DNA from: an uncultured delta proteobacterium
GTDB taxonomy: Bacteria > Desulfobacterota > Binatia > UBA9968
DNA length: 64,000 bases
Direction: 5' to 3'
Assembly: GCA_963847445.1 (NCBI GenBank)
Contig: CAWJZV010000007.1
Location: 299,593-363,592, forward strand
Shown: in pieces, positions 10,047-21,083 of the stretch
How positions within the stretch are numbered: position 1 is the first letter of the stretch
How the letters are laid out: each line of letters starts with the position of its first letter
Translations under genes and position numbers: made by a program
The notes under the pieces: generated by a model
Told to the model about the DNA's origin: nothing
What the model saw: only the letters and a program-made list of their open reading frames with translations
Database searches by the model: none

Positions 10047-11570
10047 CTAGAACGGGTAGCGCCAGTTCAAACACATCCACCCGTACCGCCGGCCATTGCG
10101 GCAGTACCGGCTCCAGTCATTGCTGCCGACACAGCCCCAAGATTATGCGCCGGTTGACCTACGCGCGTTGTCCAGGTTCGAGGCATCGTACCACAACACG
10201 CTTCCGCCAACGCTCATGCGCGGCGCAATGAAGTACCACAAATCCCACTCACGCAGCAGGATACGGTTGCGGTGGAAATCGCCGCTGTTGAGCGTTCCCG
10301 GCGCAGGGTATGCCGGTGCTGCCGTTACAACCCACCGACACATCCGTTCGCTCAAAGTGCGTGCCCACCAGGATCGATCCCGTCGTCGTCGCCGACCCGG
10401 TCAACCAACCCTTCGGGCTCCACAGAAACAGATCGTGACCGATCAGGAAAACGCTACCTTTCTTCTGGCCTTTGCCAGCACCGCTACGTTGCCGTCGATG
10501 CCGGTGCCCCGATCCTCATGACTCTGCCAGACGCGCATTGCCCGCAACGTGTATGGGCCGATGTTCCACACCAGACCGGGACCATGCTGAACAGCTCAGA
10601 CCGTCACCGACCGAGTTGGCGCCGGTGTCGAACAGCGTCTGCCTGCGTCGCCACGGCTGTTATCGCGAACTCGCATGCGGTTACAGCCGTTTGCCAGCGC
10701 CCGGTTATCCGAGTTACAGAACCAGGCGCCGTACTCAAACAGCAACCCTCTTATCCATTTGTTCTTGACCTGCGACATAGGCTCAACGCTCACGTAGGCA
10801 TGGAAGTCTTTTCGGTCGGTGTTGACCTGCACGCCGTCGCCGACCTTCGCCGTAGGCGTTCATGCCGACTTGCAACCGGCGGATGCGACCGGGAATGCCG
10901 ATGCTGCTCGGAGAGCGATCGTCCTCCCAGGTGAGACGTCATACCGGAACTCGCGCTGCCGGTGTTAAAACCTTGGTTCGCGGTGAACAGGTCGTACTCG
11001 GCCTGGGCTCCGATGCCACCCGAACCCTGGCGCGACAGGCTGGCCGGACCTGAATTCGTCGTGTCCATGCCAAATCCTACGTCGGCAGCCAGGGGTTTAG
11101 ATTTTCGGCATGAAAGTAAATCATGCCGCGCTGTAAGTCGGCATTGCCGCCAAAACCGTCAAGGTCGAGACGCCAGTCGATCTCCCACAGACAGTTGTTG
11201 ACGCACAGATAAAACTCCGGCCGGAAGCGCCGGCCTTCCAACTCGCCCTGGCTGCGCCCCTACTTGGTCGCGCCCGCTCTAGGAAATTGTAGCGCATATG
11301 CGCTTCAAACGAATGGCGGAACGACCAGGACTTGTCCGCCGCTTCGATCAACATGCCATTGCCCGGACGATATGAAAATGACGGCATCGCTGCCGCCGCC
11401 GCGGTCGCCTCTTTCTTCAGCTCGATCTGCTGCTCTTTTAGCTGTGAAAGCTCCTGCTGAATAGCGTCGATTCGACTGTCCACCTCGGTCTCGCCAAACG
11501 ATCCATCCGGTAAGGTAAACCCCACACCGATCATCCCCGCAAGCATAAACGCCGATGCCAATTTTCTCAT
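10047..11570 (-). CDS. Outer-membrane beta-barrel porin (OprO/P-like architecture), heavily frameshifted
   Basis: Signal peptide, coiled coil (IQQELSQLKEQQIELKKE), FSYRPGNGMLIEAADKSWSFR, alternating beta-strand segments, C-terminal ..NWRY.F-stop; GGAGG SD. Confidence 0.65.
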
Positions 11571-11749
11571 CATATACCTCCCAAAATTTGTTTCGCTGCT
11601 AATAGGCACACCCTTGCTGTCGTCATTACCAAGTGAACACACACTCGCGGAGGACGCTTTGAGCCACACCAATGCATCGCGGCACGATCGAGACCTTGCC
11701 GCTTGCTCTACGCTTGAAAAATTAAGGTCAAAACGTCGTGAGGCTATGG

Positions 11750-11766
11750 AGCAACTGCCGTGCCCA
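11750..11766 (-). promoter_or_regulatory. Sigma54 (-24/-12) promoter of the porin operon
   Basis: Minus strand TGGGCACGGCAGTTGCT, near consensus GGCAC-N5-TTGC. Confidence 0.75.
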
Positions 11767-11851
11767 AGGAGGGATGTCAGTAGAAAGCTAGCTCAAACAG
11801 CAACTTAGTAATCACTAACCATCACTGAGAATGCGATTAGAGTTACTCAGG

Positions 11852-11898
11852 TGTGAAGTAATTTTACAGGTTGAAAGTTTGTGTGCAGATAATTTACG
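11852..11898. promoter_or_regulatory. Tandem putative bEBP UAS sites
   Basis: TGTGAA-N5-TTTACA (11852-11868) and TGTGCA-N5-TTTACG (11882-11898); same motif as the reverse complement of 6697-6713. Confidence 0.55.
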
Positions 11899-12097
11899 AA
11901 CGCCTAGTTTGCCAATGAGTCACTGTGAACAAACGTAACAATATTCCGCGCCGCTCACGCGTTGCAGATCATCAAAAGCACCGGATGAGCATGCTCGGAG
12001 CGCCGCTGGCCTTGGTGATAATGGCGGAAACCGCCGAGCGGCCGTCGTTCAGCTTGGCGTAGAATTTCTGCGGGTAATCTTGGTCCTATAAAGTGGT

Positions 12098-12403
12098 TTA
12101 GCGTGACCGGTCATCTTCGGTTGATTTGGCTCGTGTGTCATTCTTCTGGTTCTTATGAAGAATGGCGATAAAGATCAGGAGTAAAGAGAGAAATCTGACA
12201 AAATAAAAAAATGGCCGCCCCTCGTTTGGATCGCTCGTCAATGCCAGTGCTGCCCGATTGATTCCTTCGATGACAAAGGAGACGGCGAAAAAGAGAAAAA
12301 ATCGGTCTCGTGTATCTCTCCAGAAGCGCAGGAAAAACAGTCCGGCCACCAACGACGCAGTTGAGATTGCACCCAGTAACATCAGATCCATATTTTGCCT
12401 CAA
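12098..12403 (-). CDS. DUF5985-like small membrane protein
   Basis: LVAGLFFLRFWRDTRDRFFLFFAVSF..Y.VR..LLIFIAILHKN; three TM segments. Confidence 0.75.
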   Translation of the reverse strand: MRQNMDLMLLGAISTASLVAGLFFLRFWRDTRDRFFLFFAVSFVIEGINRAALALTSDPNEGRPFFYFVRFLSLLLIFIAILHKNQKNDTRAKSTEDDRSR

Positions 12404-12657
12404 TCAGCGTCCCAGATTAGCCCGTACAGCAGCACCATCATCGCGAGCAGCGCGCATATCAACCGCCAAGTAAAGAGATTGACTTCCGGGAGGAACAACT
12501 TATCAGCAACCAACAATGCGTTGTTGAGTGTTAAACCGAAAAAACACAACCCGCCCCATAACAGGAGCTTATAGCGACTACGGTAATAACCTCGCAGCAG
12601 TAGCAACGAACAGAACAGAGCTGTCAAGGCACAGAGGGTATAAGAGAGAGCGGCCAT
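12400..12657 (-). CDS. DUF5985-like small membrane protein
   Basis: YTLCALTALFCSLLLLRGY..LLLWGGLCF.GL.LNN.LLV.D..LLYGLIWD; its stop overlaps the next start. Confidence 0.75.
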   Translation of the reverse strand: MAALSYTLCALTALFCSLLLLRGYYRSRYKLLLWGGLCFFGLTLNNALLVADKLFLPEVNLFTWRLICALLAMMVLLYGLIWDAD

Positions 12658-12659
12658 AG

Positions 12660-13052
12660 CTACTTATCCTTTCTCAGCCTGAACGCGTCTGCGAACTCTT
12701 GGATTCTCACTCTCGGCTTCGAGTGAATCAGGTTACTGACCGGCACCAGATGTTTTTTGTAAACTTCCGCGACTCGATCGACGCTCTGCTGAAGTTCGAG
12801 GGACTTTGGCTGATATCGGTAGCTCGGATGTTCGCTTGAGCTAGTCGTTAAAAACCCTTCCGTGCAAAGATGATCCAGTATTTTGGCTGTCTGTTCTTCG
12901 GCGATGTAAAGTCTTTTCGCTAAACTCTCGCTGGACCACAATACTGCCGGATTGCTGCGCAGCAGGAGCACTGCCTCCATCTCTGCTACAGAGTCGATTT
13001 TTTCAAGTATGAATTGCTCTATTTCCTCTGGGATTGCTTTGTCGCTCATCAA
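12660..13052 (-). CDS. Conserved hypothetical cytoplasmic protein (winged-helix-like), partner of the DUF5985 pair
   Basis: FILEKIDSVAEMEAVLLL..WSSESLAKRLYI..YRYQP..FADAFRLRK. Confidence 0.7.
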   Translation of the reverse strand: MMSDKAIPEEIEQFILEKIDSVAEMEAVLLLRSNPAVLWSSESLAKRLYIAEEQTAKILDHLCTEGFLTTSSSEHPSYRYQPKSLELQQSVDRVAEVYKKHLVPVSNLIHSKPRVRIQEFADAFRLRKDK

Positions 13053-13199
13053 TTATCCTAAAGGCAATGCCCATTTCGGGAGTCGAAACTTTGAATTGTC
13101 CGCTCACGCAAGTTGCACAGTATAGAATTTGGCCGAAGGTTATCGAGAAATACTCCTGCGCTATAGAATGGCAAGGCTGATCGTGGATTGTGATGCATC

Positions 13200-13752
13200 T
13201 TACTTTAATCCGGCATTGGACCTCAACAGTTCTCTGAACTGCTTGTGCAGCTTGGTTATTTTCGGCGGAATCATGTACTGGCAATAGCCCTGCGACGGAT
13301 TGTTGGCGTAAAATTTCTGATGATAGTCCTCGGCCGGGTAGAATTCTGTGAGCGGCTCCAAGGTGGTCACGATAGAGTTCTTGAACGTCTTGGCCTCGTC
13401 CAGCTCTTTGATAAACGCCGCGGCTTCGGCTTTCTGCGCCTCGTCCGCGTAGAAAATCGCCGAGCGGTATTGTGTGCCGACATCGTTGCCCTGGCGGTTC
13501 AACGTCGTTGGATCATGGGTGGCGAAGAACACCGTCATCAAATCGCGAAAGGAAACCTCCGCCGGGTCGAATTCGATCTTGATCACCTCGGCATGGCCGG
13601 TGTTGCCCATGCACACCTGCTCGTAGGTGGGGTTCTTATTCTTGCCGCCGGCGTAGCCGGAGACAACTGACATGAACCCCGCGCAGCTCGTCGAACACCG
13701 CTTCGGTGCACCAAAAACAGCCGCCGCCAAATACCGCTACTTGATTACTCAT
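13200..13752 (-). CDS. msrA: Peptide methionine sulfoxide reductase MsrA (frameshift near 13680)
   Basis: MSNQVAVFGGGCFWCTEAVF, GYAGG, TGHAE, HDPTTLNRQGNDVGTQYRS, AEDYHQ. Confidence 0.95.
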
Positions 13753-14703
13753 TTTCCCCCCAGTTCTTGGTTGACCTCGCGCTGCAACGTGAAGTCGAAT
13801 ATTTTTGCCGGCGCGATCGGCGCCGTCAGACCGAGAATTTCCGCATCGCCTTTAAGATGTTCGGCAATCTCGGCATCGCCGGGAATTCCATTAGTCGTAA
13901 ACGCCCCACGCGACAGCCGGTAGGTTTCCAACGCCGTGTTGATATCCACGTTCAAGTACTTCGCCAATATTTCCGCGGTGCCCTTTTCATTCTGGTGAAA
14001 ATAACGGTTGCCCTTGGCCCGCGCCCGGAGAATCTTCTTTCACCAACGGATCGCGCACGTTTTTATCCAGCACCGCCAGGCCGTTTTGCAGACTGGTGAA
14101 TTCATCAATGGCACTGGCCAAGATATTCATCTTATATTTATCGCGGGCGACGATGACAATCGGCGGCGAGAGAATGCCGACCTGAATCGAGCCGTTGACC
14201 AGCCCTTGCAACTGCGTCGGCACGTCGCCGCCCAACACCACAGTGACATCCTTGTCCGGATTGAGCCCGGCGCGCCGGAGCATGCGAATGCCCGCGGTGT
14301 GCTGGCTGCCGCCCAGGGTGGTTGTCCCCATCACCTTGCCCTTGAGGTCGGCGAAGGTCTTCAATTCCGGCCGGCTGACCAGCCAAAATACCGGCCGGCG
14401 CAAACTGATCGCCAACACTTTCACCGGCGCACCGCGCGGAATCGCCCGGATCACGCTGCCGACCGAACCGAGCGCATGGACCTCGCCGGAAACCAGAGCG
14501 GCGATCGCCGCGGTGGCGCGCACTTGCACCAGCTGCGGATCGAGCCCTTCTTCGCGAAAGAAGCCGCGCTCCTGGGCAACAAACAAATCGATCGACGCAA
14601 TGCTGCGGCTCGAATAGGTCACCACCACCTTTTGCGGCGGTGTCTGTGCCCCGATAAGGCCCGGCGACAACAAAGCTATGAGCACAATCAATGGAACCGG
14701 CAA
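13749..14703 (-). CDS. NMT1/SsuA-like ABC substrate-binding protein (frameshift near 14030)
   Basis: LFVAQERGFFREEGLD, DLKGK, C-terminal IFDFTLQREVNQEL; its stop overlaps the msrA start. Confidence 0.8.
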
Positions 14704-14916
14704 ATTTCACCATGCGGCGATATTCGCTTGCGGCTCGCCGAAGTTCAAGCCTGTTAGGGATTAGCCAGCGCTTCTGTGGCAAAAGTTGTGTATACCGCGA
14801 TTCGAGCTGTCAAAGCGATCCCGGTCGATCGCCCGGCGGAACACCGCGAATTCTTGACTTCGCCCTATGAACATGATTTTTCTCTAGGTTCCGAAAGAAG
14901 TCTGGGAGGGACCCGT

Positions 14917-16390
14917 ATGGCAAAAATGCTGATAGCCGGTGAGTTGGTGGATTCGGAAAGCAACGAAACCACCACGATCAAAAACCCGGCGACTGGTGAA
15001 GTCGTCGATAACGTTCCCAAAGGAACCATTAAAGATATCCGGCGTGCCATCGACGCCGCCAAAGGCGCGTTGAAGAAATGGTCGACCATGGCGCCGTCCA
15101 AACGCGGTGCGATTTTGCTCGCCGCCGGTCACACGATTCTTCAACGGGAAAAAGAGCTCGCCACCTTGTTGACCAAAGAACAAGGCAAGCCGATGCGCGA
15201 GTCGATCCTGGAAATCCGCCGCTTCGTCCACACCCTCGATCATTACGGCGGCATGGCGAAAACCATGCGCACCAGCGCGGTCATGCTCGACACCGGCCGC
15301 CATGGCTTGGTCATGCGCAAACCCCTGGGCGTTTGCGGGTCGATTGTCCCGTGGAATTTTCCCAGTTTCGTTAATGGGCAACAAGCTCGGTCCAGCGCTG
15401 CTCGCCGGCAACTGCGTCGTCGTCAAACCAGCCGGCACCACGCCGCTCACCGATCTGGCCACCTGCGAGATCATCGACAAAGCGATCCAAGACGCCGGCG
15501 GTCCCAAAGGGGTTTTGAACTGCGTCACCGGTCCCGGCAGCGTGGTCGGCGAGGAATTACTTGTTAACCCAACGGTTAGAAAGATCGGCTTCACCGGCGC
15601 CACCGACACCGGGCGCCGGGTCATGCAGTCGGCCGCGGCCGACTTCAAGCATGTAACACTGGAATTGGGCGGCAGCGATCCGATGATCGTCTGCGACGAC
15701 GCAGATATCGATCGCGCCGTCAGCGCAGCTTCGGTGGGCCGTTTCTTCAACTGCGGCCAGGCTTGCCTGGCGGTCAAGCGGCTTTACCTGTTCGACAGCA
15801 TCGCCGACGATTTCATCGCCAAGCTCGCCGAGAAAGCGAAAAAGATCAGCATCGGCAACGGGCTCAAGGCCGGCATTTTAATGGGCCCGCTGCACACCAA
15901 AGAACAAAGACAAGAAGTCGAAGAGCAGGTCGAAGACTCGGTCAAGCGCGGTGGCAAACTGGTCTTCGGCGGCAAACGTCCCACCGGCGACGAGTTCGAC
16001 AAAGGTTTTTACTTGCAGCCGACCATCGTCGCCGACGTCGATCCGGCTTCGCGCATGATCCAAGAAGAAGTCTTCGGTCCGGCGCTGCCGATCGTCCGGG
16101 TAAAAACTCTTGATCAAGCCATCGAGCACGCCAACAGCTCGATCTTCGGTCTCGGTTCGTCGATCTGGACGCGCGATATCAATCGCGCCATGTACGGCGC
16201 GGAGAACATCGAAGCCGGCTACACCTGGGTCAACTCGGCGCAGATCATCTATGACGAACTGCCTTTCGGCGGCGTCAAGCAGAGCGGTCTGGGCAAAGAG
16301 CATGGCGACGAAGCGATCGAGTACTACACCGATTCGAAATCAGTCGTCATCGCCACCGATGTCGGCGGCGAGATTATCGGCGGCGAATAG
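14917..16390 (+). CDS. NAD(P)-dependent aldehyde dehydrogenase (frameshift near 15360)
   Basis: IVPWNFP, VKPA, FTGAT, LELGGSDP, FNCGQAC, EEVFGP, PFGGVKQSG.GKE. Confidence 0.93.
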
Positions 16391-16402
16391 ACCCTGAGGA
16401 CC

Positions 16403-16461
16403 ATTCCAGATTACATATTCCAGATTCCAAATTTGGAATATGAAATTTGGCAATCTGGAAT
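16403..16461. repeat. Palindromic element built from heptamer repeats
   Basis: ATTCCAG ATTACAT ATTCCAG ATTCCAA followed by inverted copies TTGGAAT ATGAAAT TTGGCAAT CTGGAAT. Confidence 0.7.
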
Positions 16462-16469
16462 TGCGCACC

Positions 16470-18016
16470 ATGAATGTAGACTTACCTGATATCTACAACG
16501 CCGCCACGACCTTCGTCGATGAAAACATCACGCAAGGCCGTGGCGGCAAAGTCGCGATTTACTACCAAGATCGAAAGATCACCTACCAAGAAGTTTTCGA
16601 AAACGTTAACCGTACCGGCAACGCGCTAAGCGAACTCGGCATTGAGATCGAGAATCGCGTGCTGGTGATTTTGCCGGACTCGCCCGAGTTCGCCTACAGT
16701 TTCTTCGGCGCCATCAAGATCGGCGCCGTCGCGGTGCCGACCAATCCTTGGATGTTCGCCAAGGATTACGAATATTTGATCAACGACAGCCGCGCCCGCG
16801 CCATTATCGTTCATGAATCGACCTTGCCCGAGATCGAAAAGATCTGGGACAACACGCCTTTCTTGAAACACATCATCGTCGTCGGCACGGCCAAGGGCAA
16901 AGCGCTGTCCTACCAAACTTTAGTCGCCAAAGCCTCGGATAAACTCGAAGCCGGCGAAAACGATCGAAAGACGATGTCTGCTTCTGGGGCTACACCTCGG
17001 GCAGCACCGGCAACCCCAAGGGCGCCGTGCATTTGCAGCATGACATGATCACGATCAGCGATCTGTTCGTCGCGCCGGTGCTGCAGATGAAAGAAACTGA
17101 TCTGTGCTTCTCGGCGTCGAAAATGTTCTTCTCCTACGGCCTGGGCAACTCGCTGTATTTCCCCTTCCGCTTCGGCGCCTCCACCGTGCTCTGGCCGGAC
17201 AAACCGGAGCCGGAAAAGATTCTCCAAGTCATCGACAAGTACAAACCGACTTTCTTTTTCTCGGTGCCGACCTTGTTCGCGCGCTTCCTGCGCATCGATA
17301 AGAAATACGATTTCAGTTCTTTGCGCACTTGCCTGTCTTCCGGCGAGCCGCTGCCGCCGGCGCTGTTTCACCAATGGAAAGAACGCACCGGGTTGGAATT
17401 ACTCGACGTCGTCGGCTCCACCGAAGCGACCCATGATTTCCTAGCCAATCGGCCCGGGCGAGCAAAAGCCGGCAGCAGCGGCGAGGTGACCCCAGCCTTC
17501 GAGGCCAAAGTCGTCGACGACGAAGGGCGCGAGATGCCCATTGGCGAGGTCGGCAACCTGATGGTCAAAGGCGACGCCACCGCACCGTTCTACTGGAACA
17601 AGCATGAGCAGACCAAACGAATGATGCAGGGCGAATGGCTCAAGACCGGCGACACCTACTACCGCGACGCCGAAGGCTACTACTGGTACTGCGGCCGCTC
17701 CGACGACATGATGAAAGTCGGCGGCCTGTGGGTGTCGCCGATTGAAATCGAAAATACGCTAATGGAACATCCGGCGGTGCTGGAATCCGGCGTGGTCGGC
17801 GACGAGGATGCCGACGGTTTACTCAAGCCCAAAGCCTATATTCTGCTCAAGAGTGAGTATAAGGCCAGCGACGCCCTCAAAGTCGAATTACAGAATCACG
17901 TCAAGAGTAAACTCCAGCCCTACAAATATCCCCGTTGGGTTGAGTTCGTCGATGACCTGCCGAAAACCGTGACAGGTAAGATTCAAAGATTCCGCCTACG
18001 ACCTAACAAAAACTGA
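16470..18016 (+). CDS. Benzoate-CoA ligase family acyl-CoA synthetase (frameshift near 16960)
   Basis: YNAATTFVD, FWGYTSGSTGNPKGAVHLQHD, KMFFSYGLGNS, GSTE, TGDTY, GRSDDMMKVGG, LPKTVTGKIQRF. Confidence 0.9.
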
Positions 18017-18074
18017 GAATAGATCTGCGATTCTCGCTTCCTCGATTCTCGACGATCTCTGCCAAGGAGTTAAA

Positions 18075-18785
18075 ATGGCCGCCAACATCAAAGAGCTCAA
18101 AGAAAATCTCGCTTACTCGTGCAACATCCTCGCCAACGAAGGCCACTGGGATAACATTCTTGGCCATGTGTCGGTCCGAGTGCCCGGGCAAAACAAGATT
18201 CTCATGAAGCCCCATAGCTTTGGCTTCGAAGAAATTCGCCCGCAGCATATCATTGTCGTCGATATCGAAACCGGCAAGAAGACCGATGGCAAGTACGAGC
18301 GCCATTCAGAAGTCTTTATTCACACCGAAATCATGAAGGCACGCAAGGATGTCAATTGCGTGGTCCATTCGCACCCGCCCTACGCGACGGCATTCGGCGC
18401 TCTCGGTCAAAAACTCCGGCCGATCAGCCACGAAGGTAATATTTTCTACGAAGGGCTGCCGACCTTTGACCACACCACCGCTTTAATCCGTACGCCGGAA
18501 TTGGGCGTGGAAGTAGCGAAGAGTCTCGGCAACTGCCGCGGCCTGCTGATGAAGAACCACGGCTCGACAGTCGTCGGCCCGACAATTGAAGTGGCGACCC
18601 TCTACGCCGTCTTCCTGGAAAAAGCCGCGCGCATTCAACTCATGGCCACCGCTTCGGGCGACCCATCTTGGACCAGCGACGCCGAAGCGGCGGTCAAATA
18701 CGAGCAGATCTACACGCCGCACCGACTGGATTCCATGTGGGAATACTTCGTGCGCCGGGCCAAGAAGTTCCGCAAGTCGAGCTAG
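18075..18785 (+). CDS. Class II aldolase/adducin family protein
   Basis: GHVSVR, SEVFIHTEI, VVHSHPPY, LMKNHG (Zn-binding histidines). Confidence 0.9.
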   Translation: MAANIKELKENLAYSCNILANEGHWDNILGHVSVRVPGQNKILMKPHSFGFEEIRPQHIIVVDIETGKKTDGKYERHSEVFIHTEIMKARKDVNCVVHSHPPYATAFGALGQKLRPISHEGNIFYEGLPTFDHTTALIRTPELGVEVAKSLGNCRGLLMKNHGSTVVGPTIEVATLYAVFLEKAARIQLMATASGDPSWTSDAEAAVKYEQIYTPHRLDSMWEYFVRRAKKFRKSS

Positions 18786-18860
18786 ATGGATTTCCTAAAA
18801 TTGAAGATGAGATTTTTACTTCGTTGAAGCTGACAACAAGCGTCTTGTCACTCCGAGCGC

Positions 18861-18988
18861 CAGACTGTGTGAAAGCCCCCGTTCATGGTTCGAGGCTCAC
18901 CACGAACGGTTATCAAACATTACAAATCGAGCATACTGTTCGCCCTGAGCCTCGTCGAGAGGCTCCTAAAGAGTCTTCACACAGTCTG
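18861..18988. mobile_element. MITE-like 128-bp element with 13-bp terminal inverted repeats
   Basis: CAGACTGTGTGAA ... TTCACACAGTCTG; internal REP-like hairpins CCGTTCATGGTT..CACCACGAACGG and GTTCGCCCTGAGC..GTCGA; flanks GCGC / TCGC. Confidence 0.7.
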
Positions 18989-19024
18989 TCGCAGAGAAGG
19001 GTCTCGTCTGGTGCCACACGCCTC

Positions 19025-20008
19025 TTACTTGTTGCCGGTCGCCTTGAAGAAGCCTTGCTTGTCCAACTCCGCGACGAAGCGCATGTCCATAAAATCGTCC
19101 GGCTTGGAATTCTTCGCCGCGGCGTCGCTGACCGCGACATCGGCGATGACATTTTCCATCGCCTTGCGCGTGACATAGGGCGGGTTTTCCAGATACTCGC
19201 GGAACTGATTGTAGGCGTCGTCCAAAATGTCTTGCTCTTTTACCCGCAGATACTTCTGCATCATCCGCTGTGCTGCGGTTTTGTTGGTTTTAAAGATCTG
19301 CACACCTTCGGCGTAGGATCGAACAACCCGGCGCACGGTGTCTTCGTTGGCTTTGATGTAGCTCCGGCTGGTACCGATCGCTACCGAGACAAATTCCGGC
19401 CCCTCCTTGGCTAGGTTCATGAGTTCGTTAAGCCCAGCCTTGCGCGCCCGGCTATTGGTCGGCGGCGAAACCACGCCCGCGTCGACCTGGCCGGCGATCA
19501 GTGCGGTGAGAATGTTCGGCACTTCCACCAACGGCAGGATCTGATAGTCGTTCTGCTTCAAACCGGCTGTGTTCAATGCAAACAAAGCCGAAGTATGGGT
19601 CGAAGAACCGATCCGAGTGATGCCAATCTTCTTGCCGCGTAGCTCGGTAATTCGCTTAATTTCCGGTTTGGCCATCAGCGAAAAGACCTGGCGATTGGTC
19701 GCGCCGGCGACGAAGGCGATATTGGCGCCTTTCAGGTTCGCTTGGACCTGGTTCGATCCATCCATATAGGAAAAGGCGATCTCGCCGGCGAGGATTGCTT
19801 GGATGCCGCGCGAACTCGAAGAGATATGCAGCAGTTCGACATCCAAACCGTTCTTTTTGAATATACCTTCCTGCTGCGCCATGAACATGCCGCTTTGGGC
19901 GCCGGTAACCGCCGTCCAGTTGATCCGCACCGGTATTTGCGCCCCGGCCTGAGCCGATAAGATTAAACTCCACAGCATCACTGCAAGTCTCAAAAATAGT
20001 CGACGCAT
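19025..20008 (-). CDS. NMT1/SsuA-like ABC substrate-binding protein
   Basis: Signal peptide after a GGAG SD, GIFKKNGLDVEL, ELRGKKIGITRIGSST, FMDMRFVAELDKQGF. Confidence 0.85.
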   Translation of the reverse strand: MRRLFLRLAVMLWSLILSAQAGAQIPVRINWTAVTGAQSGMFMAQQEGIFKKNGLDVELLHISSSSRGIQAILAGEIAFSYMDGSNQVQANLKGANIAFVAGATNRQVFSLMAKPEIKRITELRGKKIGITRIGSSTHTSALFALNTAGLKQNDYQILPLVEVPNILTALIAGQVDAGVVSPPTNSRARKAGLNELMNLAKEGPEFVSVAIGTSRSYIKANEDTVRRVVRSYAEGVQIFKTNKTAAQRMMQKYLRVKEQDILDDAYNQFREYLENPPYVTRKAMENVIADVAVSDAAAKNSKPDDFMDMRFVAELDKQGFFKATGNK

Positions 20009-20116
20009 CACTTCTCCTTGTCCTTCGAAGACCGCTAAAAGTGCCATCAATCTAGCAATTCGCCCTGTTAATTCAACTGTTTGGCATGACCGGTAAAGCG
20101 TGCTAGATAACCGCCC

Positions 20117-21083
20117 ATGAGTAAAAAAGTTCATCTTACTTTGGCCGTCGGCGATTATGAAAGTATCCGTGCGCTTAAAGAAGGTACGGTCAAAGCCGAT
20201 GGCATCGAGCTAACCGTCATCACCGATATGACCTCGAGCATTCGCCATTGGCGCATGCTGCGCAATCGTGAGTTCGATTGCGCCGAGTTATCCATGTCGA
20301 ATTATTTGATGGCCAAATACACCGATCTGCCGTTCGTCGCCATTCCGGTCTTCTTGCATCGCCGCTTTCGTCACGGCTTCGTGTTCGTGAATACGAGCAA
20401 AGGCATTACCAAACCCACCGATTTGATTGGCCGCAAAGTCGGGCTACGCAATTTTCAAGCGACCGCGAACCTATGGATTCGCGGCATTCTTGAACATGAA
20501 TATGACGTGCCCCATCGCAGCTTGAACTGGCTCAAACAAGACGATGAAGAGGTCGACTGGACGCCGCCGGCGGATTTGAAAATCGCCCGCATCCCCGCTG
20601 GTAAGAGCATCGACCAGATGCTGGTCGACGGCGAGATCGACGCATTGATCCATCCAGAGTTGATTCAGCCGATCCTCGACAAAGACTCGCGAGTCACCCG
20701 TCTGTTTCCCAACTATCGCGACTTGGAAATGGACTATTTCAAACGCACCGGGATTTTCCCGATCATGCACACCACGGCCATCAAGCAAGAGGTCGTCGAT
20801 AAGTATCCCTGGGTGCCGCTTAATCTGTATCAAGCCCTGGAGGCGTCGAAACAAAGCCGCCTACAAACGCATGGAAAATCCGCGCATCGTGCCGCTCGCC
20901 TGGTTTCGCTCGTTCTTGGAAGAACAGGAAGAACTGCTTGGGCCCGATCCTTGGATTTACGGTCTCGGCGATGTCAATCGCAAAGCGCTCGAAACGCTGA
21001 TGCAGTATTCCCAGGAACAGGGTTTAATCGGCCGCAAGTTGGGATTAGACGAACTGTTTATCAACACCGAGGCTCATTCCTAG
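20117..21083 (+). CDS. 4,5-dihydroxyphthalate decarboxylase-like protein (binding-protein fold); frameshift near 20850
   Basis: LTLAVGDYE, EFDCAELSMSNY, AIPVFLHRRFRHG, WIRGIL, TGIFPIMH, DPWIYG..NRKALETL. Confidence 0.8.
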
